DNA from: a virus
UHGV virus genome: UHGV-0465656
DNA: 39,758 nucleotides
Strand: one strand, 5' to 3'
Below are positions 20,378 through 31,169 of the stretch, one piece after another (position 1 is the stretch's first letter; each line of letters opens with the position of its first letter). Both the position numbers and the translations under genes were made by a program. The notes under the pieces were generated by a model. The model was not told the origin of the DNA. It did not search any database and saw only the letters and a list, made by a program, of their open reading frames with translations.

Positions 20378-20487
20378 TTTTCGAATCCTCTTTAATATGC
20401 ATTTTTGCTATTTCAGTAGTTTACTATTGATGAGGCGTTATTATACACACTTCATTAATGCAAGCATCTTTATGCTATGCTACTAAT

Positions 20488-20769
20488 TTAGCAATTGATA
20501 TTCACCTTTATCGCGTATACCTTTACCGGCTTATCACCGAAGTGGGGGTGTGTGATTGTTTTCACTTCATATCCTCCATACGGAACATCAATTCTGCGAC
20601 TGGAGTCGTCGCGCTTCGGATATCCCTTTGTGATAATCAGGCGGTCATACTCCCGGAACATAATTCGCTTATTCCAATAGTCATTACACAGGCGATACTC
20701 TTCCGTTTTCTCTCCTCGAATCATGGCATCGAAGTATTCACCTTTGACGGCAAGTTGCAGGTTAGCCAT
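20488..20769 (-). CDS. Hypothetical protein (93 aa)
   Basis: ORF track; overlaps upstream gene stop. Confidence 0.45.
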   Translation of the reverse strand: MANLQLAVKGEYFDAMIRGEKTEEYRLCNDYWNKRIMFREYDRLIITKGYPKRDDSSRRIDVPYGGYEVKTITHPHFGDKPVKVYAIKVNINC

Positions 20770-21064
20770 GGTTAACCTCCTGCGGAGTAGCCTTTACAAG
20801 CACTGGTGTAAATCCATCTTCATTAAGGTTATGAATATAGACTTCCGTTCTCCTGCGCTCTTCAGCGTTTAATATGGTTTCTGGATCATAAACCCATACT
20901 TTCATTCGACTATTCCATGAAGAAATCGCTTCAGATTTAGTTCGTTTTTCTGGTCCTTGGGCACCACATTTGCATGACACATAGCGCATTTCCCCTCTGA
21001 TACTGAATGAGTATCCGATGTTAAGCACAGTGGAACCACAGAATGGGCAGCGATATAGATTCAT
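20762..21064 (-). CDS. Lar-family-like zinc-ribbon protein (putative restriction alleviation)
   Basis: N-terminus MNLYRCPFCGSTV..CKCG..SSWNSR, the CPFCG..C.CG pattern recalled for the Lar family. Confidence 0.55.
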   Translation of the reverse strand: MNLYRCPFCGSTVLNIGYSFSIRGEMRYVSCKCGAQGPEKRTKSEAISSWNSRMKVWVYDPETILNAEERRRTEVYIHNLNEDGFTPVLVKATPQEVNHG

Positions 21065-21837
21065 AAATCATCCACCTTAGGCGCAGCTGAGACAGCAACA
21101 TTCCAGAACTCAGAAAACATAATGTATGCACCAGATAGATTGGAAGTGGCATACCCTCCAAGCTCACTTCTAATCTGAACGGCTCTCATCATTTCCGGGG
21201 TTAACTCCTTCGGCACTATAACCCAACCATCCGGAGTTACCGGAGAGTTGCCAGCCTGAACAGTAGGCATATCCGGACCTTTGCGAATCGACCTGGCAAG
21301 ATCGATTGGGTCGTCGTATAACCAGTCACCTGTTTGCGGATGATTGGCTTCTGCCAATTGTGCAGCCCACTCCAGGCCGTCTTTGTGTCCTTGCAGATAG
21401 TCCAGCGGTAACTCATCACTATTACTTACAGGTTCGGCCTGAAGCATGGCGGCGCGATAGGCGTTCCAGCCGACAGCTTTTCCGTGTTCAAACGCGCTGT
21501 CAAAGTCATCATCAATTTCCATCGCAGCGGGCACAGATACCGGCGCTGGCTGGGCGGTGTAGAGCGGCATTACCTCAATATTGAAGATATCCCCCTCGCT
21601 TGGACACGCCTCTGCGCTACCGTAAACCCAATGGTGAACGACTCCGTTACGCTTGTTGATTAATCTGTGCGCCCACGCCACAGGCTCCGCTTCGAGCGAT
21701 GCCAGCGCGATACGCGCATTATTAATCAGGAGGATATCAGCAGGAAATAAAACAACATGAGCGTTTCCCTCCGCATCAATTTCAGAATTCGTAATTTTTC
21801 TGAACAGCTTTGCCAGTTCTTTGGTAATAGTGCTCAT
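21061..21837 (-). CDS. Hypothetical protein (258 aa from ATG 21837)
   Basis: ORF 21061..21876; start chosen at MSTITKELAKL with ATGA overlap to upstream stop. Confidence 0.5.
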   Translation of the reverse strand: MSTITKELAKLFRKITNSEIDAEGNAHVVLFPADILLINNARIALASLEAEPVAWAHRLINKRNGVVHHWVYGSAEACPSEGDIFNIEVMPLYTAQPAPVSVPAAMEIDDDFDSAFEHGKAVGWNAYRAAMLQAEPVSNSDELPLDYLQGHKDGLEWAAQLAEANHPQTGDWLYDDPIDLARSIRKGPDMPTVQAGNSPVTPDGWVIVPKELTPEMMRAVQIRSELGGYATSNLSGAYIMFSEFWNVAVSAAPKVDDL

Positions 21838-22079
21838 GACTGCATTCCCTCCACGCGAGCTTCTATCATGCCCCACACAACTTCGTGCTCAGGCCAGTCG
21901 CTTTCAACAACGACACATGACAGTTCGTCTTTACCGCGCTGCTGCCGAACTTGTTTTACTGCAAGCGCAGCATTTTCCAGCCCGTCCAGCGTTTCAGGAG
22001 AGATCAAACCAGTTTGAAAGGCAGCCTCAATGTCAGAAACCTTCAGAACGAAATAACGATTTTCTCTTTTCACGTTCAC
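21834..22079 (-). CDS. Hypothetical protein (81 aa)
   Basis: ORF track; translationally coupled chain. Confidence 0.45.
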   Translation of the reverse strand: MNVKRENRYFVLKVSDIEAAFQTGLISPETLDGLENAALAVKQVRQQRGKDELSCVVVESDWPEHEVVWGMIEARVEGMQS

Positions 22080-22369
22080 TCTCCTTTACCGGCTGCGGCG
22101 GCCGACTCTTCATAGGCGCGTTTGGATGCATTCATAATGGCCGCCAGCGGTGAGTAAGCCCCTCCACCTGTGATAGTGTTGTGAATGGCAGCCATTGCCT
22201 CGCGCAGATTTCCGTGGCTCGCCTCCAGCTCAGCAATCCTCTTCTCTGCGGCCTCCAGCTCATCCAGCAGCGCCAGAACGGTTTGTGAATGTATATCCAT
22301 GTTGAACACGCCATGCTCTTGAGCTTTCTCTGCTGTTTTGCGCAGCGCCTGTTTGTCGATGTTGCTCAT
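22076..22369 (-). CDS. Hypothetical coiled-coil protein (97 aa)
   Basis: Start MSNIDKQALRK at 22369 (ATGA overlap); shares N-terminal pattern with the next gene. Confidence 0.5.
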   Translation of the reverse strand: MSNIDKQALRKTAEKAQEHGVFNMDIHSQTVLALLDELEAAEKRIAELEASHGNLREAMAAIHNTITGGGAYSPLAAIMNASKRAYEESAAAAGKGE

Positions 22370-23058
22370 TGGGCGGCCTCCTTGCGAAGTTGGGCGGCGC
22401 GAATTGCTTTCCACTGCGACCACATTCCGTTGTAATCAGTACCGGAAAGAGTTGAGTTGCGGTAGCCGTCATCAGTGCGCAAACCTTCTAGCGTGGTCTT
22501 AGAGATGAATATCTTCTCCATTACCCATTCTTCGAATAAATCACGCTCCGTCGCTTCATCTGGAATAGCACTTGCCCGTACTTCAGCCAGGAAAGCGTCG
22601 GTGGCTGGGGTTTTGTTATCTGACTCCAGCCACTGGTTGTAGTAATAATCGAACATGCCAGTAGGATAACCACATCCGCTGTGCACGTGGTCTTTCATAG
22701 CAGAACCACACATGCAGTAGTCATTGTCAGTATTACTAATGATGTCGATAAGTTGCTGTGTCCGTTGCTTCAACATCGCACTCTCCGCCGCCAGCGCCGA
22801 AAACTTCTCGTGTGCCAACTTAACAGCTGCATCAGCCTGCTTAATTGACTCAGTCGCTTTCTGGTGGTCTTCGGCCAGCCCTGCTAAATCAGCCTCCAGT
22901 TCGGCTAGGCGTTCATTTAATGCATCTCGTTCATCCAGTAGAGCCAGCACAACCTGAGGTGTGACTTTCATACGAAATGCCAGCAATTTTTGAGGTGTTG
23001 CTACTGTTTCAATTGCTACTGCTGCCTCACGCAGTGCCTGATAGTTAATTTTGCTCAC
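22366..23058 (-). CDS. Hypothetical protein (230 aa, GTG start), N-terminal coiled coil, Cys/His-containing C-terminal domain
   Basis: (M)[16 protein letters not shown]..; paralogous N-terminus to the 22076..22369 product. Confidence 0.5.
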   Translation of the reverse strand: MSKINYQALREAAVAIETVATPQKLLAFRMKVTPQVVLALLDERDALNERLAELEADLAGLAEDHQKATESIKQADAAVKLAHEKFSALAAESAMLKQRTQQLIDIISNTDNDYCMCGSAMKDHVHSGCGYPTGMFDYYYNQWLESDNKTPATDAFLAEVRASAIPDEATERDLFEEWVMEKIFISKTTLEGLRTDDGYRNSTLSGTDYNGMWSQWKAIRAAQLRKEAAQ

Positions 23059-23636
23059 TGGTTGCCTCCTTTGCGAAGCTGGGCGGCGATATCTTCGAGA
23101 ACGCCATCAGAGAATGAGCGGTCAAAATCTCCTTCCGGTGCATTAGCCATAAACTCAGTTGAGGTAAGAATCATCCGGGCAATATCCGCTGCGTTCTTCG
23201 CAGTATCATCAATAAAACCAGCTTCCCAGGCAGCCAGCATTCTGTTCGCCACAAAGTAAGCGCCTTCCTTGCGTGCTTCAGTCTTCACTTCATCCCAAAA
23301 AGCGTCGGTGACTTGGGTTTGCGGCATCCTTCCGTCTATTGCGCAGATATACGCATCAGATAGTTCACCCTGCTCGCCGTCAAACACGTAGCAACTCTGT
23401 ACGATAAATTTATTCAGCCACGCATTCTCCACAGCCAGCGCCGCGCACTTGGCCTCAAGGTTATCAATCGTGATTCCAGCAGAACGACACTCCCGCAACG
23501 CCGTTTCCAGTTTTGATTCAAGTTCACCGAACTTACGGACAAGGTATTCAGCGTTTGTTTCGTTAACCTTTAAATCTCGTGGGATGCATTTACCTTTCAG
23601 AAAACCATCCATCTCAATTAGTGACATTTGTTTCAT
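23055..23636 (-). CDS. Hypothetical protein (193 aa)
   Basis: ORF track; C-terminus ..[10 protein letters not shown] overlaps next start with the conserved junction motif. Confidence 0.5.
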   Translation of the reverse strand: MKQMSLIEMDGFLKGKCIPRDLKVNETNAEYLVRKFGELESKLETALRECRSAGITIDNLEAKCAALAVENAWLNKFIVQSCYVFDGEQGELSDAYICAIDGRMPQTQVTDAFWDEVKTEARKEGAYFVANRMLAAWEAGFIDDTAKNAADIARMILTSTEFMANAPEGDFDRSFSDGVLEDIAAQLRKGGNQ

Positions 23637-23830
23637 TTTTTCCCACTCCGAAACATCGCATTCAGATATTTGTTGTCATTAACAGAACCGAAACTCTTTC
23701 TCTTAAGCAATTCCTCTCTCGATAGCATTGGCTTTACGCGTTGGCGAATAATCATTTCTGCCGGAAGAATGCCGGGATTGTATGCAAGTCCTCTCATGGT
23801 AAATTCCTCAGTCATTACTGATAGCGCCAT
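23633..23830 (-). CDS. Hypothetical protein (65 aa)
   Basis: ORF track. Confidence 0.4.
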   Translation of the reverse strand: MALSVMTEEFTMRGLAYNPGILPAEMIIRQRVKPMLSREELLKRKSFGSVNDNKYLNAMFRSGKK

Positions 23831-24104
23831 AGCGTGAGCGGTAATTACGCAGGCGCGGGTCGATATATTCAGGGAATTTGTCTATTGTCGCTTTTCGCAA
23901 CGGTCGCATTGCTGTTTCGTTTGTTCGGTCCCTCTCATCTTTTAACGCGAGCTGTATATCGCGTCGGTACATCCGTTCTGCTTTTGTTTCTGGTGGCAGA
24001 GCAAGAAACGCGTCGAAAATGTTTTTGATATTTTCCAGCACCTCCGACTTGGAGCTACCGGAGCAGTTGCGCGCGTCGTCCGCACCATACAGAGGCGCTG
24101 GCAT
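23808..24104 (-). CDS. Hypothetical protein (98 aa)
   Basis: ORF track. Confidence 0.4.
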   Translation of the reverse strand: MPAPLYGADDARNCSGSSKSEVLENIKNIFDAFLALPPETKAERMYRRDIQLALKDERDRTNETAMRPLRKATIDKFPEYIDPRLRNYRSRYGAISND

Positions 24105-24127
24105 AATGGAATCCTTATGTTGCTACT

Positions 24128-24511
24128 TTAGAAGGGAATTGAATCGTCGTATTCAGGATGATTTTGATGATTGCTACTTTGCTGCTGTTGGCTGTTTCCT
24201 GAGGTTGCAAATCCAATCTTTGCATTCAGTAATTCAAGAGTGATTGATTGACCATTTTGCCCCTGATAAACATCAACCCTGATGTTTTCTCCGGTAATTT
24301 CCACAATGCCACCTTCAACAAGAACACTACGGTAGTAATCCGCTTGCGCTCCCGGCTTGGCAAATACAACGGCGCTGTAGTTTGTCCATTCTTTCTTTTT
24401 TGTCTGGCGATCGTAATACTGAACGCCAGCACGGATGTTGAATCCGATATTTTCCCCGGCCTGAAACTCTCTTGCTGGCTTGTTTAGTCTTACAGTAATC
24501 GAATGTGCCAT
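24128..24511 (-). CDS. SSB-like single-stranded DNA-binding protein (127 aa) with acidic C-terminal tail ..EYDDSIPF
   Basis: Start MAHSITVRLNK at 24511; C-terminal DDSIPF resembles the bacterial SSB DDDIPF tail; directly downstream of erf. Confidence 0.6.
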   Translation of the reverse strand: MAHSITVRLNKPAREFQAGENIGFNIRAGVQYYDRQTKKKEWTNYSAVVFAKPGAQADYYRSVLVEGGIVEITGENIRVDVYQGQNGQSITLELLNAKIGFATSGNSQQQQSSNHQNHPEYDDSIPF

Positions 24512-25116
24512 TAAGCAGCCGCTCCTTCTAATTCGTCTCGTCTGATGTTGTAAACGTCCTGCGCTTTGTGCTGCTCCGGTGTGCCTTCGAGCATCTTCCA
24601 CGCTTTGGCGAACGCCTGTTTAAGCTCTTCTACGGTGTTTTTCTGCATTGCTGCGTCAGTGAATGCTTTTAGAACCTGTTCAGGTGTAGGTGATGGTTTT
24701 GATTGCTTTGCTGCTGCGTTCTGCTGATGTTTATGCTCGTCTGTATCTGCATCTTTCGCATCATCAATGCCGAACAAACCATTGAGGCAATACTTGCGCG
24801 CATAAGAACTTGTAGCTCCAGTAACTTGTGCAGAATCCATTCCTTTCTTGCTTTCTTCCTCTCGTGCAAGAGCGGTTGCCGTATGACTGTTTTCGCCATC
24901 GGTAATAGTTGCCGTAGCTTTCACGTAATACCGATCACCAATCAACACAACTTCATCGCTGATTGATAAAAACAGGCCATTCAGTAACGGCTTAACGCCT
25001 TCAAGAATGTCTTCGCAGCTTCTGTATTTATATTTGCCGAATGAGTTGTACTGATTCTTTGGCGCGTTCAGATTCTCCTGAATAGCTGCCAGTCTTGCGT
25101 AAAATTCTTTGCTCAT
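24511..25116 (-). CDS. erf: Erf recombination protein (single-strand annealing)
   Basis: MSKEFYARLAAIQENLNAPKNQYNSFGKYKYRSCEDILEGVKPLL..ATATITDGENSH..GATSSYARKYCLNGLFGIDDAKD, near-identical to recalled P22 Erf. Confidence 0.9.
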   Translation of the reverse strand: MSKEFYARLAAIQENLNAPKNQYNSFGKYKYRSCEDILEGVKPLLNGLFLSISDEVVLIGDRYYVKATATITDGENSHTATALAREEESKKGMDSAQVTGATSSYARKYCLNGLFGIDDAKDADTDEHKHQQNAAAKQSKPSPTPEQVLKAFTDAAMQKNTVEELKQAFAKAWKMLEGTPEQHKAQDVYNIRRDELEGAAA

Positions 25117-25217
25117 ATGATTGTTCTCAGAATGGACACGGCCCAAGGAAATAACGCTGATTTAATACTTCGACTCGTGACAAATTAAGGCATACCCGCA
25201 TTCCTTCGCGGTCGCCA

Positions 25218-25376
25218 TTATGGCGATACCAGAGAGCTTTCTGCGTGTACATGCGTCTCTGTAACTTGCTCTCCTTCACTGTGGTTGCAAGTGACATGAA
25301 TATCTCCTTCGTTACCGATTAAATCTTTCATCTGACGAATGAATTCTTCGTCTGACCAGTTATCTGTAAAACTCAT
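25218..25376 (-). CDS. Hypothetical small protein (52 aa)
   Basis: MSFTDNWSDEEFIRQMKDL..; ATGA overlap with cIII-like stop. Confidence 0.4.
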   Translation of the reverse strand: MSFTDNWSDEEFIRQMKDLIGNEGDIHVTCNHSEGEQVTETHVHAESSLVSP

Positions 25377-25543
25377 GGGCGGCCTTGTTGTTTCAAAATA
25401 TCCCAAAGCTTTTCGAGCAAGCTTTTCATTCTTGGTTGTTTAAAGTCTGCTCCGGTTAAAATATTTTTTCGTGAATGCTGTACCGATAAAATCGGGTTGA
25501 AAGGGCGAACCGATGCCGCCCCTGCAATAGCGAACTGTTGCAT
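25373..25543 (-). CDS. cIII: cIII-like protein (56 aa; FtsH-inhibitor family)
   Basis: MQQFAIAG..KSLLEKLWDILKQQGRP versus recalled lambda CIII MQYAIAG..ESLLERITRKLR..ILNQPGVP; AGGAG upstream. Confidence 0.6.
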   Translation of the reverse strand: MQQFAIAGAASVRPFNPILSVQHSRKNILTGADFKQPRMKSLLEKLWDILKQQGRP

Positions 25544-25776
25544 AGGATGCTCCTTCTGTTTTATTGCATAACGAAAACGCCTCGAATGAAGCGTTATTGG
25601 TATGCATATAAAAAGGCCCTCACACTGGAGGGCAAAGAAGATTTCCAATAATCAGAACAAGTCGGCTCCTGTTTAGTTACGAGCGACATTGCTCCGTGTA
25701 TTCACTCGTTGGAATGAATACACAATGCAGTATTTATTCTGTTGTTTATGCCAAAAATAAAGGCCGACTATGCTTC

Positions 25777-26247
25777 CTAGTAGAATACCCAATTTTCTGT
25801 TTCTTGGTTGTGTCCAAAGTTATATTCAATATCTGGTGTTGATGTATCAATATTCTTCATCCCATCAACAAGAGTTGATACAACAGCCAAATCTTGTTTG
25901 ATTCTCATTAAATGGTATTTCTTCCGGCGCAATAAACTCTCAATGGCAAGTTTCTTCGTTGGGAATGCAAAAGATCTTTCTGCATTTTTTGCTACTTTCT
26001 TAATTGCATATCTATTTCTCCTTTGTTTCCATTCCTGTAACCACTGATTTGGTGCTGGTTTAAAATCAACAATCCAATGCGCAGGAACCAACCATGCATA
26101 ATGCTCTGTCTGATGAAAAGCTATATATTGAAGTGCGAATATTTTGATTCCATCTTCTTCAACTGTCGCTTGGAATCTCCAGAAAACAGGCATTCCATCA
26201 TGTTCAGTTTCTGATTCAGGAAAAGGTACGCTCCATGATTTTGTCAT
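25777..26247 (-). CDS. Hypothetical protein (156 aa), AT-rich, in the ral/sieB position downstream of N
   Basis: ORF track; 8-bp gap after N; composition contrasts with flanking genes. Confidence 0.55.
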   Translation of the reverse strand: MTKSWSVPFPESETEHDGMPVFWRFQATVEEDGIKIFALQYIAFHQTEHYAWLVPAHWIVDFKPAPNQWLQEWKQRRNRYAIKKVAKNAERSFAFPTKKLAIESLLRRKKYHLMRIKQDLAVVSTLVDGMKNIDTSTPDIEYNFGHNQETENWVFY

Positions 26248-26255
26248 ATCTCACC

Positions 26256-26582
26256 TCAAATAAGTGGCTTGCTGCCTAATTTCATTTTCTGGCGACCAAC
26301 ACAAGTCACACCCATTTCACTGCGTGGCTTGCTGTACCATGTGCGCTGATTCTTGCGCTCAATACGTTGCAGGTTGCTTTCAATCTGTTCGTGGTATTCA
26401 GCCAGCACTGTAAGGTCTATCGGATTCAGTGCGCTTTCTACTCGTGATTTCGGTTTGCGATTCAGCGAGAGAATTGGGCGGTTAACTGGTTTTGCGCTTA
26501 CCCCAACCAACAGGGGATTTGCTGCTTTCCATTGAGCCTGTTTCTCTGCGCGACGTTCGCGGCGGCGTGTTTGTGCATCCAT
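26256..26582 (-). CDS. N: Antitermination protein N (lambda type)
   Basis: MDAQTRRRERRAEKQAQWKAANPLLVGVSAKPVNRPILSLNRKPKSRVESALNPIDLTVLAEYHEQIESNLQRIERKNQRTWYSKP.., almost identical to recalled lambda N. Confidence 0.92.
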   Translation of the reverse strand: MDAQTRRRERRAEKQAQWKAANPLLVGVSAKPVNRPILSLNRKPKSRVESALNPIDLTVLAEYHEQIESNLQRIERKNQRTWYSKPRSEMGVTCVGRQKMKLGSKPLI

Positions 26583-26850
26583 CTGGATTCTCCTGTCAGT
26601 TAGCTTTGGTGGTGTGGTGGCTGGTAGTCTAGCTCCAGCTTGTTGAGTCTCATTCGGAGGGGTATAACCGGCACCCCAGCGATTTTTCCATGCGACAACG
26701 TGCGCGTTATGGCGGCCTTATCGCCCGCGGCTCCCCATCTCGTCCACGCTATTGCTAGCGTTGGGAGTGCTTCACCGCTCAACAGTAGGTAAGCACTTGC
26801 CAGTGACTAGCTGGCTTCACCACACCCCAAAGCCTTCTGCTTTGAATGCT

Positions 26851-26881
26851 GCCCTTCTTCAGGGCTTAATTTTTAAGAGCG
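26851..26881 (-). promoter_or_regulatory. nutL (boxA CGCTCTTA and boxB GCCCTGAAGAAGGGC on minus strand)
   Basis: Reverse complement of 26851..26881 is CGCTCTTAAAAATTAAGCCCTGAAGAAGGGC, the lambda nutL arrangement. Confidence 0.9.
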
Positions 26882-26925
26882 TCACCTTCATGGTGGTCAG
26901 TGCGTCCTGCTGATGGCTTAAAATT

Positions 26926-26993
26926 ACAAGAAAGATTGTATGTTGTAAACAAGAAATATTGTAAAAAGGGGCATGAAAAACAAACTCCATTGT
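26926..26993 (-). promoter_or_regulatory. OL/PL region with three 434-type 14-bp operators (ACAAGAAAGATTGT 26926..26939, ACAAGAAATATTGT 26949..26962, ACAAACTCCATTGT 26980..26993)
   Basis: ACAA-N6-TTGT operators read directly, upstream of nutL. Confidence 0.7.
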
Positions 26994-27042
26994 TTTTAAA
27001 TGAAAAATAGTTTGTTTTTGGTTATCGAGATTGAGGTGGGGA

Positions 27043-28395
<1,353 letters not shown>

Positions 28396-28403
28396 GACAT
28401 TCC

Positions 28404-28435
28404 CGCTCTTACACATCACCGCCCTGAAAAAGGGC
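28404..28435 (+). promoter_or_regulatory. nutR (boxA CGCTCTTA 28404..28411, boxB GCCCTGAAAAAGGGC 28421..28435)
   Basis: Direct read; identical in form to lambda nutR. Confidence 0.9.
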
Positions 28436-28510
28436 ATTACCAGAAACAAATCCTATGGTTTTGCGTTTCTTTGCAAAGCCAACTCTATCTAATCATTAAG
28501 GAAATTATCT

Positions 28511-28792
28511 ATGGGTACTATTGCAACTAAAAGCAAGAAAGCGGCTCGCATCGAGTCAGCCTTGCTGAACAAACTGGCACTGATGGGGCAGAAGACATTC
28601 GCTCGAGCGATTGGTGTTCCTGAATATCAGGTAAGCCGATGGAAGAATGGTTTCTTCTCGCAGGTAAGCATGATGCTGGCTGTTCTGGAATACGGAATCG
28701 AAGACGATGAAATGGCTGAGCTGACTAAGCGGCTTGCCAATTACCTGACAAAAGAAAAAGCCCCGAAGAACGGCGAATTCTTCGAGGCCTGA
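28511..28792 (+). CDS. cII: CII-like transcriptional activator
   Basis: ..RIESALLNKLALMG..SRWK..MMLAVLEYGIEDDEMAEL.. parallels recalled lambda CII. Confidence 0.75.
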   Translation: MGTIATKSKKAARIESALLNKLALMGQKTFARAIGVPEYQVSRWKNGFFSQVSMMLAVLEYGIEDDEMAELTKRLANYLTKEKAPKNGEFFEA

Positions 28793-28826
28793 TGTAGAAA
28801 GACTGGATCAATCCACAGGAGTAATT

Positions 28827-28988
28827 ATGACAAAACGTCGTAAGAAATACCAGGAAAAAGAAGAGATTCGACACCCTGATTCACCTGAGGGATTAGTGGT
28901 AGCCGCAGCAAATAACAGGGCGTTCGCAGAGCGCCTTGTTGGTGTTTACAGACTAGCCAAAGCAGGAGTGAAACATGGGCGTCGTTAA
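28827..28988 (+). CDS. Small hypothetical protein (53 aa)
   Basis: ATG at 28827 after AGGAG; [53 protein letters not shown]; overlaps O-like start. Confidence 0.35.
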   Translation: MTKRRKKYQEKEEIRHPDSPEGLVVAAANNRAFAERLVGVYRLAKAGVKHGRR

Positions 28989-29796
28989 GTTAGCTGATTA
29001 CAGGCCTCAACTGGAGGTCGTGGAGCATCGCGTGGCAGATACCGAAGATGGTTTCATGCGCGTTGCTAACGAGATTACCGACAGTCTGCTGATGGCTGAT
29101 TTAACCGTCCGGCAGCTGAAGGTGATGCTCGCTATCATGCGCAAGACATACGGATTCAATAAGCCGATGGATCGACTCACAAACACGCAGATAGCAGCCA
29201 TGACAGGTATTCATCACACTCATGTTTGCGCTGCCAAGCGCCAGCTTATCGAGCGTAAATTCCTCATTGCTGATGGCGTGAAAATCGGAGTGAACAAGGT
29301 GGTTTCTCAGTGGATTAGCCAGGACAGCTTAACATTAGCTAAAACAGCTAATAAAACATTAGCCAAGTCGGCTAATGGGTATAAGCCAAGTCAGCTAAAC
29401 ACAAAAGACAATATACAAAAGACAATAAATACAAATACCCCCTTACCCCCTAACGGGGGCGGCGATGGGCAGGTTAAACCTGAACGTCGCAAGGCAGAAC
29501 GAATCGACTACGAATCCTTCCTGAACGCTTACAACACCGAAGTCGGTGACAGACTGCCACACGCTGTTGCGGTCAACGAGAAACGCAAACGCCGCCTGAA
29601 GAAAATCATCCCGCAACTGAAAACGCCAAACGTGGACGGTTTCAGAGCGTATGTCAGGGCGTTTGTGCATCAGGCCAAGCCGTTTTACTTCGGAGACAAC
29701 GACACGGGCTGGACAGCTGATTTTGATTACCTGCTGAGGGAAGATTCGTTAACGGGAGTTCGGGAAGGGAAGTTTGCAGACAGGGGGATTGCATGA
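28975..29796 (+). CDS. Replication initiation protein (O-like; P22 gene 18 position)
   Basis: Position before DnaB-like helicase; HTH segment [23 protein letters not shown]; internal iterons and AT-rich tract. Confidence 0.7.
   Translation: MGVVKLADYRPQLEVVEHRVADTEDGFMRVANEITDSLLMADLTVRQLKVMLAIMRKTYGFNKPMDRLTNTQIAAMTGIHHTHVCAAKRQLIERKFLIADGVKIGVNKVVSQWISQDSLTLAKTANKTLAKSANGYKPSQLNTKDNIQKTINTNTPLPPNGGGDGQVKPERRKAERIDYESFLNAYNTEVGDRLPHAVAVNEKRKRRLKKIIPQLKTPNVDGFRAYVRAFVHQAKPFYFGDNDTGWTADFDYLLREDSLTGVREGKFADRGIA
29325..29450 (+). promoter_or_regulatory. Candidate origin: degenerate TAGC(T/C)AA iterons (29325..29400) followed by AT-rich tract (29401..29450), inside the O-like gene
   Basis: Repeated ..ACATTAGCTAAAACAGCTAATAAAACATTAGCCAAGTCGGCTAATGG..AGCCAAGTCAGCTAAAC then ACAAAAGACAATATACAAAAGACAATAAATACAAATA. 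Confidence 0.55.
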
Positions 29797-31169
29797 AACA
29801 GGATATCGAAGCGAGCGTTATCGGTGGCCTGCTGATTGGTGGATTAACACCAACTGCCAGTGACGTTCTGGCAACGCTGGAGCCGGAAGCGTTTTCAATT
29901 CCGCTCTACCGGAAAGCCTTCGAGGTTATCCGGAAGCAGGCGAGAAACAGAAACCTAATCGACGCGCTGATGGTTGCCGAGGCGTGCGGAGAGGAGCATT
30001 TCACGTCAATCCTGATGACCAGTAAGAACTGCCCGAGTGCCGCAAACCTGAAGGGATATGCCGGAATGGTCGCGGATAACTATCACCGTCGTCTGGTGCT
30101 GGAAATCATGGATGAAATGCGTGAACCAATTCAGAGCGGAACCATCGATACATCGAGTCAGGCGATGGACGAGCTTGTAAAGCGTCTCTCAGCCATCAGA
30201 AAGCCCCGTGACGAGGTTAAACCTGTACGGTTAGGGGAAATCATCACTGACTACACTGACACGCTTGACAGGCGCCTGAGGAACGGAGAAGAGTCAGATA
30301 CCCTGAAGACCGGAATCGAAGAACTTGATGCCATCACCGGAGGGATGAACGCGGAAGACCTGGTGATAATCGCTGCTCGTCCTGGTATGGGGAAAACCGA
30401 ACTGGCTCTGAAGATTGCCGAAGGCGTTGCAAGCCGCGTTATTCCTGGTTCTGACGTCCGGCGCGGGGTATTGATTTTCTCAATGGAAATGAGCGCATTG
30501 CAGATTGCAGAGCGAAGCATTGCCAACGCCGGGAGGATGTCGGTTAGTGTTCTGCGAAATCCTGCATCGATGGATGACGAAGGCTGGGCACGTGTTGCTA
30601 ACGGTATGAGTCAGCTTGCAGATTTGGATGTATGGGTTGTCGATGCCTCGCGGTTATCGGTCGAAGAAATACGCTCAATCGCAGAACGGCACAAACAGGA
30701 AAACCCAAACCTGTCACTCATCATGGCGGATTATCTTGGCCTGATTGAGAAGCCGAAAGCAGACCGCAACGACCTTGCAATTGCTCACATCTCCGGAAGC
30801 CTGAAGGCGATGGCGAAGGACCTGAAAACGCCTGTTATCTCCCTAAGTCAGCTTTCGCGCGATGTTGAGAAGCGACCAAACAAACGCCCGACAAACGCAG
30901 ATTTGCGTGATTCAGGAAGCATTGAGCAGGACGCAGACTCAATCATCATGCTCTATCGGGAAGCGGTATATGACGAGAGCAGTAGCGCCGCGCCATTTGC
31001 TGAAATCATCGTGACGAAAAACCGTTTTGGCTCGCTTGGTACGGTTTACCAGCGGTTCTGCAACGGACACTTTGTTGCATGTGACCAGGATGAAGCCAGA
31101 CAGATTTGCACAGCATCAAATGCGCCGAAGTCTTCCGGCAAGCGCTACGCGAAAGGGGCTGACGTATGA
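29793..31169 (+). CDS. Replicative DNA helicase (DnaB-like; P22 gene 12 position)
   Basis: Walker A in [17 protein letters not shown]; DnaB-like N-terminal domain; 458 aa. Confidence 0.85.
   Translation: MKQDIEASVIGGLLIGGLTPTASDVLATLEPEAFSIPLYRKAFEVIRKQARNRNLIDALMVAEACGEEHFTSILMTSKNCPSAANLKGYAGMVADNYHRRLVLEIMDEMREPIQSGTIDTSSQAMDELVKRLSAIRKPRDEVKPVRLGEIITDYTDTLDRRLRNGEESDTLKTGIEELDAITGGMNAEDLVIIAARPGMGKTELALKIAEGVASRVIPGSDVRRGVLIFSMEMSALQIAERSIANAGRMSVSVLRNPASMDDEGWARVANGMSQLADLDVWVVDASRLSVEEIRSIAERHKQENPNLSLIMADYLGLIEKPKADRNDLAIAHISGSLKAMAKDLKTPVISLSQLSRDVEKRPNKRPTNADLRDSGSIEQDADSIIMLYREAVYDESSSAAPFAEIIVTKNRFGSLGTVYQRFCNGHFVACDQDEARQICTASNAPKSSGKRYAKGADV

Noticed and set aside
26600-26782. 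60-aa minus-strand ORF between nutL and N
   Set aside because: Lies in the N leader where lambda has untranslated regulatory RNA; no convincing ribosome-binding site.
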